From Planctomycetota bacterium (lineage in GTDB: Bacteria > Planctomycetota > Phycisphaerae > Phycisphaerales > SM1A02), in the NCBI GenBank assembly GCA_014381385.1, contig JACNLR010000214.1, positions 1 to 37,120 on the forward strand: 37,120 nt of DNA. Reading direction: 5' to 3'. A program made the position numbers and the translations under genes. Below, one piece after another: positions 8,454 to 17,618 of this stretch (position 1 is its first letter; every line of letters starts with the position of its first letter). The notes under the pieces are model-generated. The model was not told the origin of the DNA. It did not search any database and saw only the letters and a program-made list of their open reading frames with translations.

Positions 8454-10460
8454 TTAACTCGTTGCGATTTGACGAACAGGTTTGTGTACGCGTGATTCTT
8501 CCAAACGTCGTTGCGTTTCGACCACTGAAGTAAACTCTTCGCCAAAGCGAATGAGGCGTAAACTATTTGCAATAACAACAACGTAGCCCAAGGCATAGTA
8601 AAACGGTGTTACCCAAATGTTTATGTTGCCAGTTGCAGCAAGCGCAAGGCCAACAACAGCAAGCGCTAGCGAGGCTCCAATATTTTGCGCGATAATACTT
8701 TTTGTTTTGCGTGCGAGCGAAATCAAGAATGGGATATTTCGAAGGTCGTCATTCATCAACGCTACGCCTGCGGAGTTTGTAGCAATATCTGATCCACTAA
8801 GACCCATCGCAACACCTACATCAGCGCTTGCAAGAATTGGACCATCGTTAATGCCATCACCCACAACAAGCGTGCTGTGCCCTTTGTTGATGAGATACTT
8901 GAGTTCTTCGTGTTTTTCTTCTGGTAAACATTCAGCCTCAATTGCGTCAACACCAACTGCTTGTGCGACACGCTTGGCGACATCTAGCCTGTCACCGGTG
9001 AATATTGAAACGTGACGAACACCATGGCGCCGCATTTCCTCAACAGCTTCTGCGGCGTGTGGTCGTAATTTATCTTCAAGACCAACCGCTCCCAAATAGG
9101 TAGTGCCGCGCATGATGTGAACGCTCGACATTCCCTCAATTTTTTCAGAAACAATTTTGACTTGTGTAGAAATTGCGTTGTTTAAACTTTCAAGCCAAGC
9201 ACCGCGTCCTGCGTAAATGTCTCCGCCATTCGTGTGGGCTATAACACCGCGTCCATGCACCTCTTCGTATTTTTCAACGTTACTAGGCTTGATGTTCGCT
9301 TGGGATGCTGTTTCAAGAATTGATTTTGCAAGTGGGTGATTGGAATGCTGTTCTGCATCCGCAGCTGCTTGCAATAGCGCAGCTCCTTCAACGCCGTCTG
9401 CTGGTGCAAGGCGACCCACGGCAAATTTTCCTGTTGTGAGTGTGCCTGTTTTATCCATAATTACAGTGTCAACACCCGCAGATGCTTCAAGGGTTTGTGT
9501 GTGCTTAATCATGATGCCAAGTCGAGCAGCTGCAGCAAATGCAGCTACCATCGCAGTTGGATGTGCAATGAGAAGTCCACCAGGGCATGTAACAACGAGT
9601 ACAGTAATTGCTCGCACTGCAGCATCTGCACGAACTGCTTCGTCGCCACTTCGGCTTGTGAAGAACCAAACAACAGCAGCGACCATTACTACGATAGAGA
9701 AATAATACGAAGCTAGCTGTTCAATGAGCTCTTGTTTTTGCGTTCTAGTCGATTCGGCTTCACGGATGAGGGATTCTACTTTGCCGATTGTAGTTTCTGC
9801 TGCAACCGCGGTTACTTTTACGTCAATTTGCCCTGTGAGGTTTGTAGTGCCTGCGTACACCTCGGTGCCAACTTCAACTTCAATTGGCACGGCTTCACCT
9901 GTAAGTGATGCTTGGTTGATATCTGAATTGCCAGAAACAATTGTGCCGTCAACGGGCAAGTTTTCACCCGGACGAATGCGAACGATCATACCAATCGCAA
10001 TATCTTTCAGTGCAACCATTTTGTCAGAAGCACCATCAATAAGCCTTGCTTGTCCGGGAGTGAGGTCTACAAGATCTTTAATTGCTCGTTGCGCACCCCA
10101 AGCGGTACGGCTAAGAATCAGATTTGCCATCCAGAGGAAAAGAGCTAAAAATCCTGCAGCTAAATACATATCCGCAGACAACGCAGCAACTACCGCAAGA
10201 GACGCAAGCGAATCGCTTGCTGGTTTTCCTCTTTTGATTTCTTCCCAAGCACCACATAGGAGTGGAATAACAAGAATAATTGCACCTATCGCTGCTGGAA
10301 TTTGTGCGATTAACGTGTGTGAGCCAAGGAGGTGCCCAATCCAAGAAACAGCTAGAAGAACACCTCCGCCAAGGGCTACAAGGAGTCGGCGCTCGAGTTT
10401 GCGTGCGCCGTCCATTGCATTGGGTTGGTTGGATTGGTCGTTATTCACTGTTTCAGGCAT
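8454..10460 (-). CDS. P1B-type (heavy-metal family) P-type ATPase with an atypical transmembrane metal-site motif
   Basis: 668-aa ORF with TGE (SLTGEAVP), DKTGTLT, the HP motif (HSNHPLA) and GDGINDGP. It has no N-terminal HMA domain. The position of the usual CPC motif reads CPGGLLIAHP. Confidence 0.85.
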   Translation of the reverse strand: MPETVNNDQSNQPNAMDGARKLERRLLVALGGGVLLAVSWIGHLLGSHTLIAQIPAAIGAIILVIPLLCGAWEEIKRGKPASDSLASLAVVAALSADMYLAAGFLALFLWMANLILSRTAWGAQRAIKDLVDLTPGQARLIDGASDKMVALKDIAIGMIVRIRPGENLPVDGTIVSGNSDINQASLTGEAVPIEVEVGTEVYAGTTNLTGQIDVKVTAVAAETTIGKVESLIREAESTRTQKQELIEQLASYYFSIVVMVAAVVWFFTSRSGDEAVRADAAVRAITVLVVTCPGGLLIAHPTAMVAAFAAAARLGIMIKHTQTLEASAGVDTVIMDKTGTLTTGKFAVGRLAPADGVEGAALLQAAADAEQHSNHPLAKSILETASQANIKPSNVEKYEEVHGRGVIAHTNGGDIYAGRGAWLESLNNAISTQVKIVSEKIEGMSSVHIMRGTTYLGAVGLEDKLRPHAAEAVEEMRRHGVRHVSIFTGDRLDVAKRVAQAVGVDAIEAECLPEEKHEELKYLINKGHSTLVVGDGINDGPILASADVGVAMGLSGSDIATNSAGVALMNDDLRNIPFLISLARKTKSIIAQNIGASLALAVVGLALAATGNINIWVTPFYYALGYVVVIANSLRLIRFGEEFTSVVETQRRLEESRVHKPVRQIATS

Positions 10461-10576
10461 AATAAAAGTGGTTCCTTGTAGATTCTTCCTTACTATAGCC
10501 CCATTCTAGGGGCATTGTTCGTGTAGGATTCTAGTAATCTTATGGGATATAAGCCCAACATGAAAGCAGGTAGGCC

Positions 10577-11578
10577 ATGACAAAAGTTGCAGTTATTGGA
10601 GATGGGCAAATGGGGTTAGTAATGGCTGATGCGCTCGTTGCAAGAGGCGTTGAAGTACGCCTATGGGGTCCGTTTCCTTCGCACATAGACGACCTAGCAG
10701 AGAGGCGAAATTCAGCACGGTTGCCAGATTTTATGTTGTCGGACGCGGTGCGAGTTACACCCAATGCCGACGAAGTATTTTCTGAAGTGGATGTTGCACT
10801 TAATGCTATTCCTACGCAGTTCATTCGCACCGTTTGGGGGGGGCTAGCACCATCGGTTCCATCCGGAATTCCAATTGCGTGTGTTGCAAAAGGTATTGAG
10901 GTTGGTACGACTTTGTTACCAACGCAAATTATTGAAGAAGTTATCGAGGACGGACACGCAACATGTGTATTGTCGGGACCAACGATTGCAACGGAATTAG
11001 TTCGAAGGCAACCTGCGGTAATGGTTTCTAGTTCGACAGATGATTCTGTAGCAAAGCAAGTTCAAGACTTATTCGATGTACCGTGGCTTCGTATTTATAC
11101 CCACGGTGATCCGCTTGGCGTAGAACTTGCGGGTGCGTTGAAGAATGTGATTGCAATTGCTGCAGGTATTTGTGACGGTATGGAATTAGGAGATAATGCA
11201 AAATCTGCGATGCTTTCTCGGGGACTTGCTGAAATATCACGGCTTGGTGTTTCCCTTGGTGCACAACTGGAAACGTTTTTTGGCATTGCTGGTGTCGGCG
11301 ACCTAGCTACGACATGCTTTAGCCCTCACGGAAGAAACCGAACGTGCGGTGAAAGACTTGGTAAAGGTGAAGATTTGCAAACCATCACTGAAACAATGGG
11401 CTCGGTTGTAGAGGGAGTTGCAACAACGAAGGCCGTCAACGCGCTTGCCAAAGAAAAGGGGGTGGATATGCCAATCGCTTCTGTCATGTATGAAGTTTTG
11501 TTTGAAAATTTACCAATTCAAGACGCAATCGGTTCACTGATGTCACGAGATTTGCGTGCAGAACAACTTCGGCACTGA
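10577..11578 (+). CDS. gpsA: NAD(P)H-dependent glycerol-3-phosphate dehydrogenase
   Basis: 333-aa ORF with an N-terminal Rossmann motif VIGDGQMG, plus LKNVIAIAAGI and EGVATTKAV. Confidence 0.93.
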   Translation: MTKVAVIGDGQMGLVMADALVARGVEVRLWGPFPSHIDDLAERRNSARLPDFMLSDAVRVTPNADEVFSEVDVALNAIPTQFIRTVWGGLAPSVPSGIPIACVAKGIEVGTTLLPTQIIEEVIEDGHATCVLSGPTIATELVRRQPAVMVSSSTDDSVAKQVQDLFDVPWLRIYTHGDPLGVELAGALKNVIAIAAGICDGMELGDNAKSAMLSRGLAEISRLGVSLGAQLETFFGIAGVGDLATTCFSPHGRNRTCGERLGKGEDLQTITETMGSVVEGVATTKAVNALAKEKGVDMPIASVMYEVLFENLPIQDAIGSLMSRDLRAEQLRH

Positions 11579-11589
11579 TTTTTCATTTG

Positions 11590-11862
11590 CTATTCATTAA
11601 AACCTGAATCGACGAGCGCTGTAAGCTCGGCGATAGCATCGTCGGCATCGGAACCATCTGCATTGATGGTAAGCTCTGTTCCCTCGGTTGCTGCGAGCAT
11701 CATCAGTTGCATGATGGATTTAGCATCCACTTGTTCACTCTGCTGGTGTCCAACAGTTATGTTTGCAGCATACTTACCCGCCACTTTTGCAAATTCAGTT
11801 GCAGGTCTTGCGTGCATGCCAAGGCGGTTTTGAATTTTCACTTTTTTTGTTGCAGTAGCCAT
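11590..11862 (-). CDS. ptsH: Phosphocarrier protein HPr / NPr
   Basis: 90-aa ORF with the active-site His context GMHARPA and the regulatory Ser context AKSIMQLM. Confidence 0.9.
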   Translation of the reverse strand: MATATKKVKIQNRLGMHARPATEFAKVAGKYAANITVGHQQSEQVDAKSIMQLMMLAATEGTELTINADGSDADDAIAELTALVDSGFNE

Positions 11863-11935
11863 AACGGAGTTGGGGGTGATAGATTTGGCATTTCAAAGGA
11901 ATTGCCGTAAATGGACGTAGATTCGGAAACGTTCG

Positions 11936-12406
11936 TTAGCGAACGGCGTTGTCAGTTTCAGTCAGCAGTGTTAGCACATCATCGGGTGAATTTGCTTGGC
12001 GTAAAAAGCGCCTGAAAGTGTCTTGACTGAGTGAACTGAAAATCGCCTCCATTGCATCGAGGTGATTTTCAGGTTGGTCTTCGGGGCTTAAAAGAAGGAC
12101 GATTGAGTACACAGGCTCACGGTCGAGTGCTTTAAAGTCGACACCATCCGCGCTATTGCCGATAGCAATACGCATCGTTTCGATGTCAGCGTGCTTGACG
12201 TGTGGGACGGCTACGCCGTGTCCAAAACCTGTAGAGCCCTTGTTCTCTCGTCTAATAATGGCTTTAGTGAAATCTTCACGTTGTGCCTCTGTAACACACC
12301 CAGACGCGACAAGTGAATCGACTAATTCAGTGATTACGCCATCGCGATTTTTTGCAATGAGTTCTGTAATGATTGCGTCTTTTACGACGATGTCCATCAG
12401 TTTCAT
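11936..12406 (-). CDS. ptsN: PTS IIA-Ntr-type protein
   Basis: 156-aa ORF with RENKGSTGFGHGVAVPH (phosphorylatable His context). It lies immediately downstream of hpf with a 4-nt overlap. Confidence 0.88.
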   Translation of the reverse strand: MKLMDIVVKDAIITELIAKNRDGVITELVDSLVASGCVTEAQREDFTKAIIRRENKGSTGFGHGVAVPHVKHADIETMRIAIGNSADGVDFKALDREPVYSIVLLLSPEDQPENHLDAMEAIFSSLSQDTFRRFLRQANSPDDVLTLLTETDNAVR

Positions 12407-12729
12407 TTTTCTTGCCCTCCAGTTGGAGTGTTGTGTTTTTTATGGTCTTGAAGTTTGTTTTTTAAGTCAGTTAACTGACGAACACTTTTATCCACGCAAC
12501 TATCCAACGCTGCGTAGAGATCTTCTTCATTGGCGTTTCCAATTATGTCGTCGTGGTGCTCAACGTCTGTAATTATCTCAACGCTAAAACCATGGGACGT
12601 TTTTTCGATCTTCACGTCAATTTGTTCGATTCTAGGATAAAAACGAGTGAGTTTTTCTGCCTTTGTTAGGGCGTATTCCTCAATTGTCGTAGTCATTTCA
12701 AGATGTTTGCTTGTTACATTGATTTGCAT
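12403..12729 (-). CDS. hpf: Ribosome hibernation promoting factor (short HPF/RaiA family)
   Basis: 108-aa ORF. The N-terminus MQINVTSKHLEMTTTIEEYALTKAEKL is typical of sigma-54 modulation/HPF family proteins. Confidence 0.88.
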   Translation of the reverse strand: MQINVTSKHLEMTTTIEEYALTKAEKLTRFYPRIEQIDVKIEKTSHGFSVEIITDVEHHDDIIGNANEEDLYAALDSCVDKSVRQLTDLKNKLQDHKKHNTPTGGQEK

Positions 12730-12739
12730 TGATTCTTCC

Positions 12740-13597
12740 TTAATCCGATTCAGGATTGGTTTCGTCCATTTTAGCAGGTTCTGATCGAGGCAGACCAGTC
12801 AAGCTTTGATGATCTGGGACGAGTACGCCACCACTGACTGCGAATCGAATGGCCTCTTCTACGGTGATGGGCAAGTCAATAGTGTCTTTTTTCTGGACGG
12901 TGATGGTGTAGCCCGTGAATGGTGTTGGAGAACTCGGTATAAATACTGTGATTGAGTCTGGCAACTGACTTTCAATGGTGCTAAGTGAATTACCAGTCAT
13001 AAACCCAACGGACCAAATTCCCTTTCGAGGATATTCCACAGCAACAACTCTGCTGAATTTCGGTTTGTCGTCATCTGCAATGAGAAAATCAACAAGTTGT
13101 TTGATATACGGATATACCTTGCGGATAACGGGAACGGCGACCATAATTTTTTCAATCCGCCTGTACAGCGCACGTCCGATGAAACCGCCAACAAGTCGCC
13201 CACACATATATACGATGATTGCAGCGACTAAGAGACCAAGTGCATTCATCCAGGGGTGTTCGATCCACCAAGTATCTACAGAAGTGGCGAACAATTCGTG
13301 GGCTAATTCCTTGAGAGCGAGTTCGTCAGTTGAAGAAATATTTGCAGTTTCGGCTGCGTTCTTCAGAGTTTCAGGGGTTGGTCCCATCGAAAATGTATCT
13401 GCAAGGGAAGGAAAGTAATTTGGAATTTGAGTGAATCCCAACCGTATGCCACGGTTAATGGGCTCTGCGATGGCGGAATCGATAAATTGATACGCTTTTA
13501 CGATGAGCCAGAGAGTAAGAACGGAGGGGAGCAGCACAGCAAGCCCTCGTAAAAAAGGTCTTTTTGATTTTTTTGGTTTTGATTCGTTCTCGCTCAT
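12740..13597 (-). CDS. DUF502-family integral membrane protein
   Basis: 285-aa ORF with N-terminal TM helices (LRGLAVLLPSVLTLWLIV). The characteristic C-terminal block reads VFIPSSPTPFTGYTITVQKKD ... ISGG. Confidence 0.7.
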   Translation of the reverse strand: MSENESKPKKSKRPFLRGLAVLLPSVLTLWLIVKAYQFIDSAIAEPINRGIRLGFTQIPNYFPSLADTFSMGPTPETLKNAAETANISSTDELALKELAHELFATSVDTWWIEHPWMNALGLLVAAIIVYMCGRLVGGFIGRALYRRIEKIMVAVPVIRKVYPYIKQLVDFLIADDDKPKFSRVVAVEYPRKGIWSVGFMTGNSLSTIESQLPDSITVFIPSSPTPFTGYTITVQKKDTIDLPITVEEAIRFAVSGGVLVPDHQSLTGLPRSEPAKMDETNPESD

Positions 13598-13607
13598 TGT
13601 ACGTGCA

Positions 13608-14192
13608 TCATACCGTTACTTTCTTTGCGGCTTTTTTGATGGCTTCTGGGTATGCAAGGCACTCTAAAGCAAAAACTTTGGAAGCGAGAGTTTGGGGTGT
13701 ATCGTCGTCTGAGATGGTGCAGGTTTTTTGAATAAGCATTGGGCCATGGTCATACTCATCATCCACATAATGCACTGTGCATCCTGATTCGCAGTTTCCA
13801 CTCTTCATGACGGCTTCATGAACGTGTATACCAAACATGCCCTTGCCGCCAAAATCGGGAAGCAGGGAGGGGTGGATATTAAGTACTCGTCCTTGCATCC
13901 ATGATTCGATTGGTAGAAGCCGCAAGTACCCACAAAGCAAAATTAAATCTGGCTGCGTATCTTGTAGCCACGCTTGAATCTTCTCATCAATTATTTTATC
14001 GCTATCACCCTCTTGCTTTGCTACAGCAACTTCAATGTTACGGTCGGCGAGCCGGTCGATACCAGTAATGTCGTTCCGCGATGCAACTGCTAAAACTATT
14101 TCGGCGTCGAGTGTTCCATCTTCTATGCGGTCAAGCAAATTGAGAATCGTAGTGCCACCTCCACTAAATAGAACAGCAAGCCGTATGCTCAT
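13608..14192 (-). CDS. purN: Phosphoribosylglycinamide formyltransferase
   Basis: 194-aa ORF with LAVLFSGGGTT, NIHPSLLP and a GCTVHYVDDEYDHGP block. Confidence 0.93.
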   Translation of the reverse strand: MSIRLAVLFSGGGTTILNLLDRIEDGTLDAEIVLAVASRNDITGIDRLADRNIEVAVAKQEGDSDKIIDEKIQAWLQDTQPDLILLCGYLRLLPIESWMQGRVLNIHPSLLPDFGGKGMFGIHVHEAVMKSGNCESGCTVHYVDDEYDHGPMLIQKTCTISDDDTPQTLASKVFALECLAYPEAIKKAAKKVTV

Positions 14193-14584
14193 GCATTCTC
14201 GCCTTTCTTAAGAGTAGGGGGTGAATCGAACGGTATTGCTTTTCCGTTTGCATCAACACTAACCATCGTCATGCTTGCATTTGTGACAACGATTTTGTCG
14301 CCGGAATCGTAACGCTCGGCTTCGACTATGATTTTTATCTCGACAGAGGAACGGCCGGTTTTTATAGTTTTGGTTATAAACCGAACAACATCTCCAACAT
14401 ACACGGGCTCTGTAAAATCTACTCTGTCCATCGAAGCGGTAACCCACCGATGGACGCCATGGCGCCTCGCCTCTATAAATCCAGCTTGATCGATGTACGA
14501 CAAGATTATTCCACCAAATACAGTTCCGTAAATGTTCACATCTCGTGGCATCATAATGACGCTAAGTGCGGTAGTTGAGCTCAT
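14189..14584 (-). CDS. Acyl-CoA thioesterase (hotdog fold, YciA-like)
   Basis: 131-aa ORF. N-terminal MPRDVNIYGTVFGGIILSYIDQAG is typical of the 4HBT/acyl-CoA hydrolase family. It overlaps the purN start by 4 nt. Confidence 0.8.
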   Translation of the reverse strand: MSSTTALSVIMMPRDVNIYGTVFGGIILSYIDQAGFIEARRHGVHRWVTASMDRVDFTEPVYVGDVVRFITKTIKTGRSSVEIKIIVEAERYDSGDKIVVTNASMTMVSVDANGKAIPFDSPPTLKKGENA

Positions 14585-14591
14585 ATGGGTA

Positions 14592-15572
14592 TCATCGTCC
14601 TTCTAGTAGCAGCCCGCAAGAGAAGAGAGACCACCATTTTGTTCTAGTTTCATCATTTTGGAGTAAGTTTTGAGGGATACGGTTTGCAATATCCGGAGCG
14701 AAGCGCATAGCAAGCACAACAGGGTGCTCTGGGTGTTCCCACTTATTTTCTTTTGCGGTTTCGATTACGACGGGAAAAAATTTATCCGCATGTGCAATCA
14801 TGCCAGCGAGGGCAATGTCTGGATTGACCGTTCCATCTTCCTGATGTAATGTTCGCCATGCGAGTTTGTAGTTGCTCTTATTGCAAATTTCCTGCATTGC
14901 CATAAGTTCATTCTGATTCGTGTCAATAGAAGATTTTGCTCTAATCAGCCCAGCAAGCAGGAGGGCTGCTTTTTTTCGTTCAAAATCTACATCGGTAGAC
15001 CAATGCGCAATCAAATCATGTATTTCTTCAAAGGTGCCGAATTTCTCGAGTGTAAGGACACCAAGGAGCACGCTTCCATCGCGGTCTCGTAAGGGTACCT
15101 GAATATGATCAGCAAAAGGCAAGGGTTCAGTTCGCCCCAAATACCACGACAAATGATTGATGGAAGTTGCGAGTTTAGAGTCGGCTGGAGATTTGAATGT
15201 GGTTTGAAATTGTGGTTTTGTTTCCCACCATTTTGCAGCTTCTAGCAATGCGGGTTCAATGTCAAGATTTTCTATTACGGAAAGGCGATGGTGTTTGGAT
15301 GCTGTTGCAATGAGTACATGCTGGGCTGCTACCGATGCTTCGTTGTCTTTTAGAAGCAACGGAGCAAGTAGTTCTACTGTAGTTTCGATTGATAAGCCTT
15401 TTGTCATTTCAATACCAGCGAGTTTGTCTGCGATGGCCGGTGACGTCAACAGGGATCGTATATGCGAAACACGTTGGTTTTTTGTTACAAAAACAACAAC
15501 GAGCACTGCAATTGCAATCGTACTCAAAAACGAAAGGAAAGACGAATGTTTCACAAAAGCAGTGTAGTGCAT
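14592..15572 (-). CDS. Hypothetical membrane-anchored protein
   Basis: 326-aa ORF with one N-terminal hydrophobic helix (FLSFLSTIAIAVLVVVFV). The rest looks helical and contains no motif I recognise. Its ATG directly abuts the stop of the upstream gene (TAGATG). Confidence 0.6.
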   Translation of the reverse strand: MHYTAFVKHSSFLSFLSTIAIAVLVVVFVTKNQRVSHIRSLLTSPAIADKLAGIEMTKGLSIETTVELLAPLLLKDNEASVAAQHVLIATASKHHRLSVIENLDIEPALLEAAKWWETKPQFQTTFKSPADSKLATSINHLSWYLGRTEPLPFADHIQVPLRDRDGSVLLGVLTLEKFGTFEEIHDLIAHWSTDVDFERKKAALLLAGLIRAKSSIDTNQNELMAMQEICNKSNYKLAWRTLHQEDGTVNPDIALAGMIAHADKFFPVVIETAKENKWEHPEHPVVLAMRFAPDIANRIPQNLLQNDETRTKWWSLFSCGLLLEGR

Positions 15573-17597
15573 CTACTCTTCAAGTAACGTGTCTATGAGT
15601 TGAGCTGCGAATTTAGGACTGTACCCATGGATGCCCCACGCAGTATGATCGAGTAAAGCATTTCGTATATCGCAGTTAGCAATGACAATCGACCCCTCGC
15701 CTACAGCCGAAACGACTGGCGCCTGTACCGTTTTTGCGTTGCGTATGGACCAACCCCTTTGGGTAATGGGGTTGAACCGGTCATCGGGAACAAATTTGTT
15801 TTTAAATTGTTCCTCAATTTCTTTTTGTATCGCTAATGCAAAGGAATCAATTCCGCCAATTGACTCTACAAGTACCGTAGATCCAGCGCTTGCAACTCGG
15901 TAAATTTCATCTGCAAGCGTTGTGGTTGCTTCGTCATTATGAATTCCGCCAACGAGAATAAGGTTTTTCTTTTTCAATTGCGTAATAGGTTTCGATTTCC
16001 AGTTCCAGCGGTGCATACCTTTTAGTTCAGCTTCCCAGTTGCCTTCGTGTTGCGCGATCCAAACAATTTTCTTCGAATGAGATACTACAGGTCTTGATGC
16101 CCTTGCTTTCCAACGTCCAAGTTCTGCAGCACCGCAACAAATATTGACAAGTACTCGCGAGAGTGTAGTTTTAGGAGATCGCACTAGTGACTCAGCGGTC
16201 CCTTGTACGAGGAGAATTCGGTCGCGAATACCATCATTCCATGCAGTAACTTTTACCTTTGAAACATTCCGCACTACAGAAAGTGACCAATGCGTATCGT
16301 CGACTTCTGCTGCAGTAATTTTTGGACAAAGTATAGTTGCAAGCTCCGAAAAATCCTGAAAATCTTTTCGCGCACCAAGCATGACAAGAAGCCCTCCTGA
16401 ATCAAGATATTCTTGTAAGGGTTCGATGTTTGTCGGAACTGCACGAACGTCATGTAGGAACAAGAGTGGGGCTGCAAGCCAAGCATCGAGTTTTTCTTTT
16501 CTCGTAACGGTTCGCCAAGAAAATGCACGTTCGGTTTGGTCTGAAACCTGTGTAGTTATTATTTCTGATGTTCGAAGTGGGTCGATGCTACCCTTGTCCA
16601 CAGCAAGTTCGCACATTGCAATTGGAACACGACCCCTCGAAAGAAAGAGTAGGGCAAACGAGAGATTAATAGTACTCCCTTTCGCCTTTCGAACACCGCA
16701 GTGTGTTTTTATCACTGCTCTTGCCCCGTCTTGAAACCAATCTCTCTTGTGAATTTCAGCAAGCCCGCAAGACATCGCGGCACGTTCAAGCCCGTACAAG
16801 TAACTCATCAATGTGGTTCCACCAACATTTTCATACGATTGTGCGTTCTTGTTTAGCCATGCGAGCGCTTTTTCGATGGAGTTGTGCAACCAAAGAGATT
16901 GTTCCTTTGAAAGATCAATACCACAAAGTTCGTCAACGCCTAGAAGGCAATTGAGCGCAGCAACGGTCATGTTTGCTGTTGGTGTTCCTTTTGTTGCACT
17001 CTGCCCGTACGACCAACCACCACATTGTTGTTGTGTTGCGAGGGTTGCTTCTGCTATCGCCATCCAACACTTTTTTGGTACACGTTGTCCACAACGCTGC
17101 GCTTCCCGCAGTGCAATCATGCCAAATTCCCTATTTAAAGGTGATGCATCAGATCTCATTTTCGGAGGTGTGTCAAAGTTGCCCCAACTTCCCGCTTGCA
17201 ATCCCATCGTAGAAATTAAACGCCTTGTATCATTTTTGAGGTTTCGTTTTTGCCGCTTGGGCATCATCGACCAGATGGAAGTTCTTGTTGCAAGCACGTA
17301 CGTACTTGGTTGTTTAATTTCACTTAGAAACGCTATTGAATTTTGCATAATCGGGGTATTTACAGAATGCCCTGAACTGAGCATTGCAAGAGTTGTGAGC
17401 GCTGTCGTTCCGCCTTCATATTTAGTAAGCCAACCACCGGTACGTTCAATTGGTTCCCAACACCTCTCTTTGGTATGCCTAGTGGAGAGTTCTGTGGCAA
17501 TCATGGAAATTGCATTTGTGATTTCATCGTCGTAAAGTGGAGGCGAACCGGTTCCAACAGCGGTCGAAACAACCGCCCAAAAAAGAGTAAATGACAT
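15573..17597 (-). CDS. Hypothetical secreted protein: terpenoid-cyclase/prenyltransferase-like repeat region plus two DUF4159-like modules
   Basis: 674-aa ORF with a short hydrophobic N-terminus. It has GGW-type repeats (TGGWLTKYEGGTTALTTLAML, CGGWSYGQ) and FALLFLSRGR. Two blocks resemble DUF4159: LLFLHDV...LQEYLDSGGLLVML and NLILVGGIHND...GSTVLVES. The domain calls come from memory of family motifs only. Confidence 0.55.
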   Translation of the reverse strand: MSFTLFWAVVSTAVGTGSPPLYDDEITNAISMIATELSTRHTKERCWEPIERTGGWLTKYEGGTTALTTLAMLSSGHSVNTPIMQNSIAFLSEIKQPSTYVLATRTSIWSMMPKRQKRNLKNDTRRLISTMGLQAGSWGNFDTPPKMRSDASPLNREFGMIALREAQRCGQRVPKKCWMAIAEATLATQQQCGGWSYGQSATKGTPTANMTVAALNCLLGVDELCGIDLSKEQSLWLHNSIEKALAWLNKNAQSYENVGGTTLMSYLYGLERAAMSCGLAEIHKRDWFQDGARAVIKTHCGVRKAKGSTINLSFALLFLSRGRVPIAMCELAVDKGSIDPLRTSEIITTQVSDQTERAFSWRTVTRKEKLDAWLAAPLLFLHDVRAVPTNIEPLQEYLDSGGLLVMLGARKDFQDFSELATILCPKITAAEVDDTHWSLSVVRNVSKVKVTAWNDGIRDRILLVQGTAESLVRSPKTTLSRVLVNICCGAAELGRWKARASRPVVSHSKKIVWIAQHEGNWEAELKGMHRWNWKSKPITQLKKKNLILVGGIHNDEATTTLADEIYRVASAGSTVLVESIGGIDSFALAIQKEIEEQFKNKFVPDDRFNPITQRGWSIRNAKTVQAPVVSAVGEGSIVIANCDIRNALLDHTAWGIHGYSPKFAAQLIDTLLEE

Positions 17598-17618
17598 ATC
17601 TGTTCCTACGTGTGGTTG

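Noticed and set aside
9724-10509. A 261-aa plus-strand ORF lies antisense to the P-type ATPase gene.
   Set aside because: It is rich in Ser, Ala, Arg and Pro, as expected from the reverse frame of a real gene. It has no motifs and no translation signals. The opposite strand encodes an unambiguous ATPase.
10498-10534. A small hairpin GCCCC-attcta-GGGGC and a direct repeat ATTCTAG (two copies) lie in the ATPase/gpsA divergent region. I considered them as a possible metalloregulator operator.
   Set aside because: The stem is only 5 bp and the repeat only 7 nt, which is within chance expectation. No regulator gene is nearby.
11863-11935. I considered a sigma-54 (-24/-12) promoter upstream of ptsH (GGCA...TTGA and TGGCAT...TTGC).
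   Set aside because: On the minus strand the -12 element reads TTGA rather than TTGC. On the plus strand the GG-to-GC spacing is 16 rather than 11, and the orientation is wrong.
16813-17535. A 240-aa plus-strand ORF lies antisense to the 674-aa gene. Similar antisense ORFs lie at 1222-1875, 12975-13418, 18917-19450, 20980-21561 and 22603-23265.
   Set aside because: All are shadow ORFs opposite well-supported genes. They have low-complexity composition and no recognisable domains.
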